DNA from: Octopus sinensis
Taxonomy: Eukaryota
Direction: 5' to 3'
DNA length: 64,000 nt
Assembly (NCBI RefSeq): GCF_006345805.1
Contig: NC_043004.1
Span: forward strand, 43,462,001-43,526,000
How positions within the stretch are numbered: position 1 is the first letter of the stretch; every line of letters starts with the position of its first letter. Positions 12,561 through 25,749 of this stretch are shown here, one piece after another. Position numbers and translations under genes: made by a program. Below the pieces are notes generated by a model. It made no database searches. It saw nothing but the letters and a program-made list of their open reading frames with translations, and was not told where the DNA came from.

Positions 12561-14149
12561 AGTAAATATGTATTAATCACCTAAGATTTTAGAGGACTTT
12601 CATTGTCATAAATGGACAATGAGTGAGAAGATCACGCCCCTTTCGTTGAACTCAAGTATCCTATGAAAATATCGGATAGAATTGCTAGTCAAAGCGGATA
12701 ATTTTATTGGTCTTCATCCTAAGGAATGCTTAATATTTAGTTTTCAATAATTGTAATCTATCAGATGCAATCTGAAGTTACACAACAACAAATAATTCCT
12801 TGATTAAAGACTAATAATGTCTGACGTACGATAGCACATCCCAATTATATTTGGCTCTATTTTAATTTTATCATATGAAGACAAGTGGAAGAATTAAAGT
12901 TAGTTCAGGACGTTGCATTTGATGTAATTACCTCAAGACATCAGTTGTTATTAGAGGGAGAAGCATTTCATTTATGGGTGTAGATGCCTGGAAAAATGTA
13001 CATTAGTCTGAGAAGATTCGGGAGTAATGCTCGAAGTGCATTTCTAACGTGAGCCTTTTGTGTCTGACCAATGAGCAAAGCTGTTGATATTTTCTTTGAT
13101 GTTTTACTCCTAGGTTTACTGAATGAAATGCAGTGAAAATAAATGTATGTATAATGAATTGCTGACGCTCATGGCTCCATTTCAAAGAAAACTAAACCTG
13201 TGATTTATTGAGAAACTCGATCTCTATTAATCAGAGTAAAGCATGTATTGGAACAAATGCCTCCAAATAGCTTAATTACAGTCATAAGCTATAGCGTGTG
13301 TTCTGTATTGGATTGCATGTTTCGTATTCGGGCAGCATATTTTAATATAGTTTGCAAATGGTTTGTACGTGGTATACTAAAGATGCTCAGTGACACTAGT
13401 TTCATATATTTAATAGGAACCACATTGGAAAATTGCTATAGTCGTGTACATTATATATGTACGCACTGACATCGTAGACCCAACTAAAGTAAAGTGATCC
13501 AACTATAGCTTGATGCATAAAACTTAAAAATTGCTTCTCAATACATTTCCCATTCAAACATCGACTGACTTGAGTTCAAGTGGAAAATTGATTGCGTCCT
13601 GCGCTATAGATTTCAATGCATAACAAAGATATAACACTCGAAATTATGCATGCATGCTTGTATGCATGTATATATGCACATAGGTAGGCAGGATAGAATA
13701 TAAAAATGAGAGAGAACATTAAAGAAATAAAACTGTAAACATATGTAAACAGAATATCCCATCTAAAAAAATGTATTTTAAATATAAAAAAAATTAATCA
13801 GATTATGGCTGGACAAAGAGAGTTTATTTAAAGTAGCCGCCCTCATTTTCCACTACGGCCACGAGATGGCTCCGGAATTTGGATCATGCTTTACTCCCCC
13901 TGTGCAGGGTAAAATGTTCATATACTTCCTTGATTTTGGCCCACGGATCGGCCTTTGTGTTGCAGTCGGACTGCTTTATGTCATTCTGAATAGCAATCCA
14001 CATAGTAATCTACGGGAGAACAATCGTAAGAATAAGGATGTCAGGAATTCAGGCAAGTATAGTCCTAGAAATTCTCCGACAACTTAAACTTTCCCTCAGC
14101 TAAATCAATAGTTAATAAGTTTGTGTTTCAGCCTGTATATCTGTGACTC

Positions 14150-14181
14150 ATGCTCTTTCTTTCTTTCTTTCTTTCTTTCTG

Positions 14182-14230
<49 letters not shown>
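14150..14230. repeat. (CTTT)n(CT)n polypyrimidine tract
   Basis: Direct reading. Confidence 0.9.
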
Positions 14231-14240
<10 letters not shown>

Positions 14241-14548
14241 AGCTCTTACATCAACAAACTTTTTAACAATTTAATTCCCCTCTCCAAGTCGTTATCATTC
14301 CTCTCTTTCTTTTTATTTTCCTCTCTTACTTTCACTAATAATGTGACATCGTAATCTATCGACGGGCATATCATTGCTTCTCACACATCTTATAACTCCT
14401 CTCCTCTCTCTTTCTCTCTATTTCTCTGCATTTCTTTGACCTCATCACCAGAACATTACCCTTCTGGTAAACATTGTATATTTAACTTTCTCTATATCTC
14501 CCCTATCAACAAACCGCGTAAAAGCGTATTGCATTCAGTCTTAGCGTA

Positions 14549-14626
<78 letters not shown>

Positions 14627-16327
14627 ATATATATTCATATTTATATTTATATATATATATATATTTCTCTGGCAGAATGCATCGTTCCAAGTGAAATGAT
14701 AACCACTCTATACTAGATGTTTTAAGTTTCTTGTATCACCACATCTAAATCTGTATCAACATATGTTTGTGTGTGTGTGATTGCTAGTGTGTCTAAGTTT
14801 CTGAGTCTGTGTGCGTGTGTGTGTGAGTGTAATATGTATACAATATAGTATGCTTATATTGAAAATTTATGCAGGTATTTTTGACTCACTGTTCTCAATG
14901 TTCTTTTGGATAGGACTCCAGAAAAAAATCATAATATTGTAATGTAAATTTATTTCATATAATACAATCAATAGAACATCTTTGATCCATTCGAAGACAA
15001 TTACAGCTTTGTATTTCAATAACTCGACTCCTCATAATAATGTAATTTTAAATTCCATTTATTTTAAATTGAAGTGCCTGGGATGAATAAAAGTAACGTA
15101 TTTATTTACATATATATATATGCATGATCGTCCAGGTGTCTGTTCATGTGAATATAAAAGCCAGTTTACCTGACTGTATCTGCGTTATGTAGGAGGTGAT
15201 GTGAGTATAGATGTACTTGTGTATGTGGTTGTTTAAATAATTTACGATATGTATATGTGTAAACAGCGATGCAGTAATAACCATTTGATCGTGTTTGTAA
15301 GATCTAATCTTTGTATAGAAGAGCGATTAAATTGGCAACAGCATTCTAAGGGTATTTATCTTCGCTTGAATGGCTGAAATTCAATTATTATATTTCTTGA
15401 GAAAATTCGATATTGGCGTATCAGAGGAATCGTGAATCAAACAAAATTTTCTTTCCTTTAAGCGCATTTCGTATGTATATTATAAAATTCTATATCGTAT
15501 ATATGACGATGTGCCAAAATCGAATTGGCAAATTGAAAGTTTAACTGAATATATGTGCATAATGCAGGTTATACCGTCATGGAAATTATAAAATTGCTTC
15601 GGCATATTCATGCGTATTTACCAAAATTCTCTTTTAGTAAATTCAATTCTATATATACAATAGATAAAATCTCGTATTTCTAAAGATACCCCTGATAGGA
15701 TTTTATGAAACGTTGTAAAATACGGGAGAGTTTTATTGAGAAAATTCTGAATGATTAAACTAATATACCAGGAAATTTGTGAAGCTATAACCTGACAAGG
15801 TGAAAGACTAAATGCTTCCGTACAACTCACACAAGGAAAGAATGAATGATTATTTTATATACTGCTCATCATTGTCATGAATCTCTTTTCATATTTGGGA
15901 CCTCTAAATAAATCCCTAAGAAAGTAGTGAAATTTCAAAATAAAGCAATCTTTCTCAATAGACAATCATTTGTGCTCAATATGGTATTTTCGTATAAAAT
16001 GCAATCTTACGGGTGTGTTGTCTGTAGGGCGTATAAGAAGCATTTTTCTAATAGTTCTTTTGTTATTGATTTGGAGCTGAAAGCTGAAAAAGAGTAAACT
16101 TATCTTGTACCAATTCGCATCCATTAAATACTCATATAGTCATGTTAAATTTACATGTGTTGTGCAAAGCAAATATCGGATGAATCCAGCATAGTTTTTT
16201 TCATGCGTGGTCAACAATTTCTTTTACATTATACAGACATACATACACACACACAGACACACAAACACATACAAACACATACAAACACAAATACACGCAC
16301 ATACACACACATACACACACACATATA

Positions 16328-16366
<39 letters not shown>

Positions 16367-16385
16367 TATATATAATATATATATA

Positions 16386-16568
16386 TGCAGGTTATAACGA
16401 CATGATGGATCACTAGCCGCTACACATACTTTATTTTCTCTAATTGTTTCTTTCTGCGTTCCTTTCTGTGCAAGAGCGTAGGCTCCAAATGTTAAAGACT
16501 TTTTTCACTTTCATATCGTTAAACTGATGCATCTGTTTGTTACCTGTCTTCGTCTTTTATTTTTGGGG

Positions 16569-16575
<7 letters not shown>
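16386..16575 (+). mobile_element. Short microsatellite-associated element, copy 4, between (TA)n and (TC)n(TA)n
   Basis: catgatggatcactagccgctacac...cctttctgtgcaagagcgtaggctccaaatgttaaagact...cctgtcttcgtctttt. Confidence 0.7.
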
Positions 16576-16635
<60 letters not shown>

Positions 16636-17392
16636 CTACCAAATATAGACGTTATATTTATTATTTTGCACATTACTTAATCATTGGTATATGTTTTATT
16701 TTATATTTAAACTTTCGATAATATGTAATTTTTCTAAATGAAATAATAATTTTTTTTCATTATTGAATTGATAAAATGTATTTTTCCTAATTTTTATATA
16801 TATATGACCATTTCTCATTGAAATAATTACTGTTAGTCCCTCTGCATCAAGCCTATAGCACCTCACTTTGCCGCTGCGTAATGTTCCCTTAGGTATATCA
16901 CTAGAAGCCGTATGCATCCCGTTTTAATTTTGGAACACAACGCTAGGCACGATCATGCATAACGTGCTATTAAGATGACAGCAATATTAAAATAATCCTC
17001 TCTCTGTCTCTCTCACCTTCTCTCTCTCTCTCCCTCTCTGTGCATACATACACATACAAACCATCACACACACAAACACACATACACACAGACTAAGTCA
17101 CCGGAAGCGTTCTCTGTGGGACAAACCCGGTGTAGTTCAGGCTTCCGTCGCTAGAAGCTACTTGATGCGACGTCTGTCGGGGTCAGTCTGCTGACCGCCG
17201 TCTTCGTTTCCAATCGTACTGTCACATGATGCGTCGTTGCAGTGCTTCTCTCTTGTTCGTCGATTTTTGCGATGACTGAAACGAAGGGACAGTCTGTGAA
17301 GATTTAATGTCCAGTTTTTTACCATTTAATATCAATCCCTTCGACACAATAGAACTTTTATTACATACTCACCATGTTACTTCACATGCATA

Positions 17393-17603
17393 TACATTTC
17401 TTTACTACCCACAAGGGGCTAAACACAGAGAGGACAACAAGGACAGAAAAACGGATTAAGTCGATTATATCGACCCAAAGTACGTAACTGGTACTTATTT
17501 AATCGACCCCGAAAGGATTAAAAGCAAGGTCGACCTCGGCAGAATTTGTACTCAGAATGTAGCATTTCGGCCGGCGTGCCAACGATTCTGCCAGCTCGCC
17601 GCC
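17393..17603 (-). mobile_element. Family-A SINE with an internal deletion
   Basis: tttctttactacccacaaggggctaaacac...gaccccgaaagg...gccagctcgccgcc. Confidence 0.9.
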
Positions 17604-18477
17604 TAGCACGCACATAAGTGTACGTGTGTATGTGCGTGTGCGTCTGTATGCATCTGTGTGCGTGTGTGTGTGTCTGTGTGTATACATATATATCGTATAG
17701 AATCACAATATTTACAAAAATAATTTTAAAAGATAACTATTTTTTTAAATAATCACAAGACAAAATGTTACAAACCTTTGTGTAACAAGTTTTTGCATAG
17801 TCTGTATTTTGTCTACAATCACCTTGGTAGATCAAGCTTTTGAACAAATGTGTATGGGACTAATCCGTACAGACGAAAGTGTTTCTAGTAATGATGTTTA
17901 CTATTTCTGGTTTAGATTAGGATTCATAATTCTTATAAAATTTTCACTTTTTTCCTTTTCATAGTTGACTATTTTTGCCTTTTATTTTGTAGAAAGGGAA
18001 TGTTTTAGATTTCTCATGTGCGCAAATAACAAGCAGCTTACTAAATGGAACTGTTCTAAATGACGGATCTTTCGTTTTCTGTTTGCACGCACTTAATGTA
18101 TCGCTAGTTGTGTTCCTGTTACACCAAAGTAAATCTCCTTACATCTTGATGCATTTGATGAGATTCATGTTTTGTAATTCATGTTTCCATTTTCTTTTAG
18201 TTCTTTCTCATTCCTGCACCTTATAGTTATTCTTCCTTCAATTATTTCACATGTCTTACAACAAGGGACCCTATAGTTTCTTGCTGGAATTATTTATTTC
18301 TCCGGTGTATAAGATGTCTTTTAAGATTTGTTGACTGCCTATGGCAATTGATGATTGGTGATCAATTATTTGTCGAAAAGTCGACGACTGATATGGAATT
18401 GGAAGGTATCCTTTCGCCAAAATAGAATATTGTGAGTGACTCAAAATGCAATATCTCTAACTGTATTTTGTTTGAAA

Positions 18478-18800
18478 GCGCTTGACCCAGTGGTTAAAGC
18501 TTCGGGATCACAAACATGAGGAGGTGAGTTCGATTCCCCGATGGGGCTGTGTGTTGTGTTCTTCAACAACACACTTTATGTCATGATCACTCAGTTGTAG
18601 AAATGTGTTGTGACGTCTCTAGTCCGAAGCTGTAGTAGCCTTTGCCTTTGCTTTGGATAACATCAGCGACATGGAGAGGAGAGACTGGCTTATATGGGTA
18701 ACTGCTAGTCTCCCATAAACAACCTTACCCGCACTTGTGCCACGAAGGGGAACTTTCTACGCGCAATCCCATGGTCATTCATGACCGGAAGAGTTCTTTG
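18478..18800 (+). mobile_element. tRNA-derived SINE (family C-like)
   Basis: tRNA-like head gcgcttgacccagtggttaaagc...gagttcgattcccc; related to the minus-strand copy at 42345-42540. Confidence 0.7.
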
Positions 18801-18984
18801 CCATTTATTTTTTGTTTTCACTACCAATGTGAATGTTTCTCCGTATGACAGATTTTAAGATTATTTTGCGTTTGTTATGGGATGATATATTATGCTTCAG
18901 AATTATTTTGTAGGAGAATATTTATATGCTTCAGAATTATTTTGTAGGAGAATATTTAGTTGTACCAGTCTTTTACTTAGTGTA

Positions 18985-20900
18985 GTTTTCTATGTAAATA
19001 TTTGACATAGAAGACCTACCTTATGTATGTCCTTTTTTGATTGGGAATGGTTGAAATATCTAAAATGTAAATATTGGTGTACGTCTGAGCTCTTGCGGTA
19101 GCGCTCGGTTGCACATAGCCCCTGTTCCTTAGTTATCATAATTTCAAGAAAAAGTTCACTTTCATTCCTTTCCATATTGAACTACATCAATTCCTCAATG
19201 CTATTTATTAATTTCAATTTTATTTCCCTAATTTTATTTCAAAATATGAAACGGTCATCCAAGAACTTTCCCAGTTTTCCATTAAATAAGATTGGAAATG
19301 TTGATCAAAACTACTTCTAGACAGGTTATTAATTTTCCTTCCAGTAATCCATTACTAGTCTCGTAAACATCGGCATCACTTTTGTCAGCATTGGCGTGAC
19401 TCGTATTTGAGGAAATATTGTTTATCAAAGTAGTAATTGTTTTTCAGCACCAACCGCAAACTTTCCTGAATTCTTTTTCTACTGCTTCTAATCTTAGTCC
19501 ATGGGGAATATTTGTGCAGAGACTGGTTACGTCAAAAGTAACCAGAATCGTCTCTTAATCTACTCTTAGTGGAACGTGAGTTGAAAATTCAGTGTCACCT
19601 CTAATGAAACTAGGGTCGAAATAGAATAATGGTTTCAAATTTATGTCAAAGAAATTGCTTAATCCTTGAATGCCATCTGCTTCATTTGCAAAAATTTTAT
19701 GTAATTTTATATTGAATAGTTTAGTAATTTCCACATATATATATGGAGGCGCTTCAAACTGTTACTGGTTTGTTTAGATTTCTGGCTATTTTGAATTACA
19801 TAAAATTTATATGCTTTTACGTCAAAGCAGGAGAGCTAATCTAATTTGTTTTTAATTATGTCACTTTTTAATTTGTTTTGTTAATTTACCACTCGTAGTC
19901 ATTGTTTGTTTTTCCTCCAGAATTTATAATATTGTTTTGTGAAAATATTCGTTTCTTTACTACCCCTATTATTATATCGACCCCAGTGCGTAACTGGTAC
20001 CTATTTAATCGACCCCGAAAGGATGAAAGGTAAAGTCGATCTCGGCGGAATTTGAACCCAGAACGTAACGACAGACGAAGTACAGCTAAGCATTTCACCC
20101 GGCGTGCTAACATTTCTGACAGCTCGCCGCCTTGAGTGACTGGTTCTACGATCATTTCCCTCTTATAGGTCTTGTCCATGATTAAAATAGATCCTCACTA
20201 GTCTGCTACTTTAAGGATAATATAGAAATCTTCCAGCAGAAATCCCAGTGTTTTTTTGTCTTCATCCGTATTGTTTGCTTTTACATGGCATCTTGGAATA
20301 TTTGAGTTTGCAGATCGTTTCAGACATTATATATTCCTCTCGGTGCTTTTCCCAACTCATTAGATTATGATAACCACTTTTGCTTCTCACAATTGATAAA
20401 ATCTTCGCCATTGTTGTTTTGGAATAAATTTTGTAGACAAAGTTTTTTCTAATATTCTTCAGCCCAATATATAAAATCCGTTAAGTCAGATATAAGAGTT
20501 GGTGTGGAATTAAGTCTGTATTCCAACAACTTTATTTCGTTTTCCATCAGGTATTACTGTGGGTCAGTGGTTGAAATGTTTCCTACTCCTGAAAATAATG
20601 TTTCTTTTTCTGTGAATCACTGATGCGCTGTTTTGTAAAAAAATCAATTTTCTTGAAGAGAAGTTGTTCTTGGAGAACCTACCTTTATATTTTGGTACGT
20701 TCTTAGATTTCCTGTGGTTTGCTGAATAATTTTGGTATGATCTTCTGTTGACGTTTATCTATTGGTATGTTGGTTTATTCACAGTAATTTTCTGTGGAGT
20801 GGCGTTCTATATTGATAAATATTTTATGAAACAGCTGTCAACTATTGGAATAACTTATTTTCTTTCACTGCACTTCTCTTATCTGGTCAACTAGTAGAGG
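18985..20900 (-). mobile_element. Decayed Penelope-like retroelement (RT region), interrupted by a SINE
   Basis: Minus-strand remnants in PLE order: LNSTPTLISDL, IILKVA..LIMDKTY (cf. IKPADKG..VIMD), FIRGDTEF, LVTFDVTSLCTNIPHGL, FLEIMI...RKSSDVHQYLHF. Many stops and frameshifts. Confidence 0.8.
19952..20131 (-). mobile_element. Family-A SINE nested in the Penelope-like element
   Basis: cgaccccagtgcgtaactggtac...gaccccgaaaggatgaaagg...cagctcgccgcc. Confidence 0.9.
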
Positions 20901-21352
20901 TATTCACGACAATAAGATTTCTGGAATTTTAGAACGACGGTGAGGTTACATCCCATCTTTAAACACAGTCTTTCTTCATAGCCAGGGAAGAGTCGAAATA
21001 CCTACTGTGACTTCTGTTTGATTCTGTCTAGTCTTCTTTCTTATATATAATGATATATTTGTATATATGCATATCTACGCAGTCAAATTACTGAAATCAA
21101 GTAAAAGAATATAAGTATAAATATATATATACATATATCTGTGTTTCCAATGCATGGGTGTAAATATATATGCATATAGATACACATACACACATATCTA
21201 TACTATAATGTAGAGAGCTACTTATTAATTACGTATGTAACAATTTCAAAGCGAAGTAAATATTTGGACACAAATGTTAATGGTACTACTTACATATAGG
21301 TGTTCCATGCAAAACATTTTAAATGTACGCTTTGTGGACGTTTAATGCAACC

Positions 21353-21440
21353 TTAGCCCTAACCCTAATCCTAACTAACCTTAAAACTAGCCCTGACCCT
21401 AAAAACTAACGCTAAACGTTAGCCTAAAAACTAACTAAAT
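21353..21440. repeat. Degenerate telomere-like (CCTAAC-type) tract
   Basis: ccttagccctaaccctaatcctaactaacc...ccctgaccctaaaaactaac. Confidence 0.7.
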
Positions 21441-23394
21441 GTCGCTATGTAGATGCATCGGGCCCTTTGTATTGAGATAGTGCCGTGACAGTAACGGTTT
21501 TCGTGTTTTCTTGAATGGCTTACAAACATCTACGTTGCAATAGTTTTTGTTTCAGCACAGGTTCTCAGAACAAGTCACTTGCTATGCAAGTACATTTCCG
21601 TATTTTTTCAAAATCACTTTAGGTAAATGCCAGTAATGAACTTCTCAGGCTGTCCAATATTTCAATTTCTAAATAGAAACAATCAGGGGCAGAGGGTGGG
21701 GTTGCAAAAATTCATAATTTCTCAAACTTTCTTTTTTATAGCATATAAATATATTTATAGGGGAAAGTATTGAAAAGCATCAATACATGCGAGAGTGATA
21801 AAGAGATGAGGAAGGTTTCTTATGATGTGATAGAAACAACAGCCAAATCGCATTTAAATTACCCACTTTCCCTCTGAATATATCAAAAATTTTTAAAACA
21901 TTTTTCTGTCGAAAATTATCTATGATTTTGAAGTGTCAGAAAAAAATGGCCAAAATAGGTCAGGAGTGGGAGGATGAGGGAGGTAGGTATAAAAACAGAT
22001 TTTCCCACCACCACCACCACCAACAACAACAACAACCCCATCATTTCGATGGCTGTGACTTTAAAAAAATGGGGAAAATCCCCAAAAAACTTTTCCCAGA
22101 AAGTTCCTCATAACCGTAATCTATGCCGTTTGAAACGGATTTGTATATATTTTCATTAAAAGATACCCACCTTCCTGAAATTATGAAGAAAAAAGTCATA
22201 TCGTATGAATTTTCCGAAAATCCTCTCTCCACCCCACGGAAAAAAACCTTCCCATAAATCCCTACATACACTAAAGTCACAATAACTAAGGGTAATTTCC
22301 AGAAAATCTTGTTAAAGGTATGTTATGAAGCAGGAAATTAGGGGTCCTATACATCTGTAGTAATGCCCTTTTATTCATACGAGTTTCTTTCATTTCATGT
22401 TTATTTGATTCATTGTTTGCATTGTTCTCTCTCCCACTCTCTTTCTCCCACACATACTGCAAAGCTTACAGATGAGCTGCTGAATTAAAATCTCTACATT
22501 GCATTGAGGGAGAAAGTAAATTTTGGCAAGCTGCTTCTTCCTCTGTTGTTGGACTACCGTGCTATTTGTTTAAAATGATTGATTCTGACAGTGATAAAAT
22601 AAGGAAAGCAATATTTATTTAGTAAGTGAGCACTATTATACAAAGAAATAATTAGACGTAAAATATAAAATTGTTAAAATTAAGAATGAAATGTGAAAAT
22701 ATTATCAAGGGGCTAGCAGAAAACTGCCGGTGGGCGGGAGGCGGTCTTTCTGCTAGTATGTATATTCAAGCAACGCGTTATCTTCCAACAAAATCCACAA
22801 TATATATGATATTCCATTGACTCGCATATTCATAAAATTTGAATACTAGCATTTGCATTTTAAAACAGTCTTCTATGTACACAAAGAAGTATACACGCTA
22901 TTTCTTTAGTTTTTACAGTCAATATAACTCACTAAAACGATGTGTTTCATCCTTATGTTATTCTTGTTTTTCTTATGTTTTTCTTTTCCTTCTTTTGTTC
23001 CCGAAACTCCACCTCTTCTTTCTTATCCTCCATCTTCTTCCATGTTGTCCTTTTTCTTCGTCTCATCTTATTTACTAAGTTTTCTCGTATTATTAATTTG
23101 TAGATTTGATGAATTTGCACCCAATATGCACCTTATATGAACCCAATATATACTATTTAACTTCTTACATCTTGAAATCAGAATGTTCCAGACACAAGGC
23201 AGATCAGAAAATACATAAGATTATCAGAAGAGAATTAAAATATCAATCAAATTATTCGAATATAGGTTCAAAACGAATGAAAAATATATGGCTGTTTTTG
23301 ACAAACGCAGAGTTTGATATAAACAAAAGTAATATACAAACTCAGTGACGACGACAAATGACAGACATTGTGGTATGTTAAAATTTATATGAAT

Positions 23395-23619
23395 GGCGGC
23401 GAGCTGGCAGGAACTTTAGCACGCCGGGCGAGATGCTTAGCGGTATTCCATCTGCCGTTACCCTCTGTGTTCAAATTCCGCTGAGGTCGACTTTGCCTTT
23501 CATCCTTTCGGGGTCGATAAATTAAGTACCAGTTACGCACTGGGTGGGGTCGATGTAATCGACTTAATCCGTTTGTCCTCTCTGTGTTTAGCCCCTTGTG
23601 GGTAGTAAAGAAATAGGTA
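23395..23619 (+). mobile_element. Full-length family-A SINE with 18-bp target-site duplication
   Basis: GGTATGTTAAAATTTATA at 23372-23389 and 23616-23633. Confidence 0.95.
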
Positions 23620-24673
23620 TGTTAAAATTTATAAATTCTTGTCCTCATATAGATACATGCACCGGAACTGAAATATTTTGATATTCATGTATGAAAGAGA
23701 AAAGCAGAAACTTCATTTAGTCTATCAGATAAACAACTTGCAACATACCACACATTGGCCAGCCATGAAATTATTTATGAGAACGCACGCAATTATACCC
23801 GCAGTGATTTAAGGTTTTAATACCAGGAATATCTTTTAATTAGACATTTGTGAACGTAATGCGATAAAACGTATTTAATAATTACATCTTATACAATTTT
23901 GTCTCTGGTGAAATTAACATAGAAGAAAAATACTAGAGATTTTGAGAAATACCGAGATAATAACAATTTAGATTTAATTATATTTGAAAACAACATTCAT
24001 TCAAAAACTGAGGAAGATTAATGTGAACGTTATCACAGTTTAGTTAAACACCATTGTTATAGTCAGTTTTCCTATGTAAACATTCCAATTACTTATTCAC
24101 GAAAATATAGTTACTGAGCAAATATTTACCACGACATAAATGTCTCCGATATAAAAACATATATATATGTGTACATTAAACTGAAAATATGAAAGTTTTT
24201 CAAAAACAAAATAACACATTTATGAAAAAAATATGTATATTCGAGAACGTTAGAAAATATTTGTCCAACACGCGGATATACGCATAAATCAATACACACA
24301 CACTGATAGACTCTCATACGTGTAGATACACGAACAGATACTTACACACAGACAACAAAAACATACTCACACACTTGTCACCTCACATCTTACCCTCATA
24401 TCTAATAATTGCTTCTAACATGTCCGTAACGCCACTACTCTAAACATGCATTACCCACATAGACACAAACAGACAAGCACAAACGTAAACTGCAACACAG
24501 ACACATCCATATACCGGCAATTTTTAAACTCTCCTGTCTTAAAAAAACAATTTCCCCAAATCGCTCCATTTGCGGTACATGTAAACACTGATGTGATTTT
24601 CTTGAATCATTTTCGTACGCCCCAGACATTTCCTCTCTGCTCTTTATAACGAAGAACTGTACCCGAAACTCCT

Positions 24674-24970
24674 GTGGGGACACATAGCCTAGTGGTTTGA
24701 GCAGCGCACTAGCAGTCGAGGGACAGTGGGTTCGAGTCTCAGACCGGGCGATGTGTGTGTTTATGAGCGAAACACCTAAGCTCCACGCGGCTCCGGCAGA
24801 AGGTAATGGCGAACTTCTGCTGACTCTTTCGCCACAACTTTCTCTGAATCTTTCCTCCTGCATCTTGTAGTTCACCTGCGACGGACCGGCGTTCCGCCCA
24901 GGTGGAGAACATATACGCCAAAGAAACTGGGAAACCGGCCCTTATGGCTCGAGAAGGAACAGACTAAACT
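24674..24970 (+). mobile_element. tRNA-derived SINE (family C-like) with 14-bp target-site duplication
   Basis: Head ggacacatagcctagtggtttgagc...gggttcgagtctc; TSD TACCCGAAACTCCT at 24660-24673 and 24971-24984. Confidence 0.9.
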
Positions 24971-25214
24971 TACCCGAAACTCCTCTTTATAACGGAGGAA
25001 CATTTCCCGAAACCAATTCTCTGTTCCATCTTTTACTGAGTGACAACCTAATGCGTCCATGTTACAGTAAGAAACACAATCTTATGGTGAGGAGTGGCAA
25101 CTGCGTGCTTGAAAGAAAACTATTAAATCACACAGCCATGTCCGCGCCAGACTGAGAAGTACACGTCTTTAGATAGCTAGATAATTTAATTACAGAGAGA
25201 GGGAGAGAGAGAAA

Positions 25215-25293
25215 ATTATATATATATGTATATATATATATTATACATACAAATCTGTATGTGCGTCATTGAAAGTGTGTCCATATGTATATG

Positions 25294-25324
<31 letters not shown>

Positions 25325-25480
25325 GTGCATATACATATGCACACGCACACATATATATATATGTGTGCATATGTATATGCACATATATATATATGCACAT
25401 ATATATATATACATATATATATATATGTATATATATATATGTGTGCATATACATATGCCCACGCACACATATATACATAT
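25215..25480. repeat. Compound (TA)n/(TATGTGCA)-like low-complexity array
   Basis: Direct reading. Confidence 0.85.
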
Positions 25481-25656
25481 ATTAATGCCGGCAAAAACTC
25501 TTATAATAGATAAATTACCGGAGCTCTTGTGGTGTGCCCACAGTGTGCAATAACTCTATATTAATATGGTAGTGTAGATGGTCTGAAGAGATCGGTATTG
25601 GTGTGGGTAAATGAAACATTAATTTGATACCTCAAGATATGCATTTGATGGTAAAT

Positions 25657-25701
<45 letters not shown>

Positions 25702-25708
25702 TTATATA

Positions 25709-25749
<41 letters not shown>

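Noticed and set aside
18891-18958. 34-bp direct repeat (2 copies) as a CRISPR-like or regulatory array
   Set aside because: Simple tandem duplication with no spacer, in eukaryotic DNA next to a decayed PLE.
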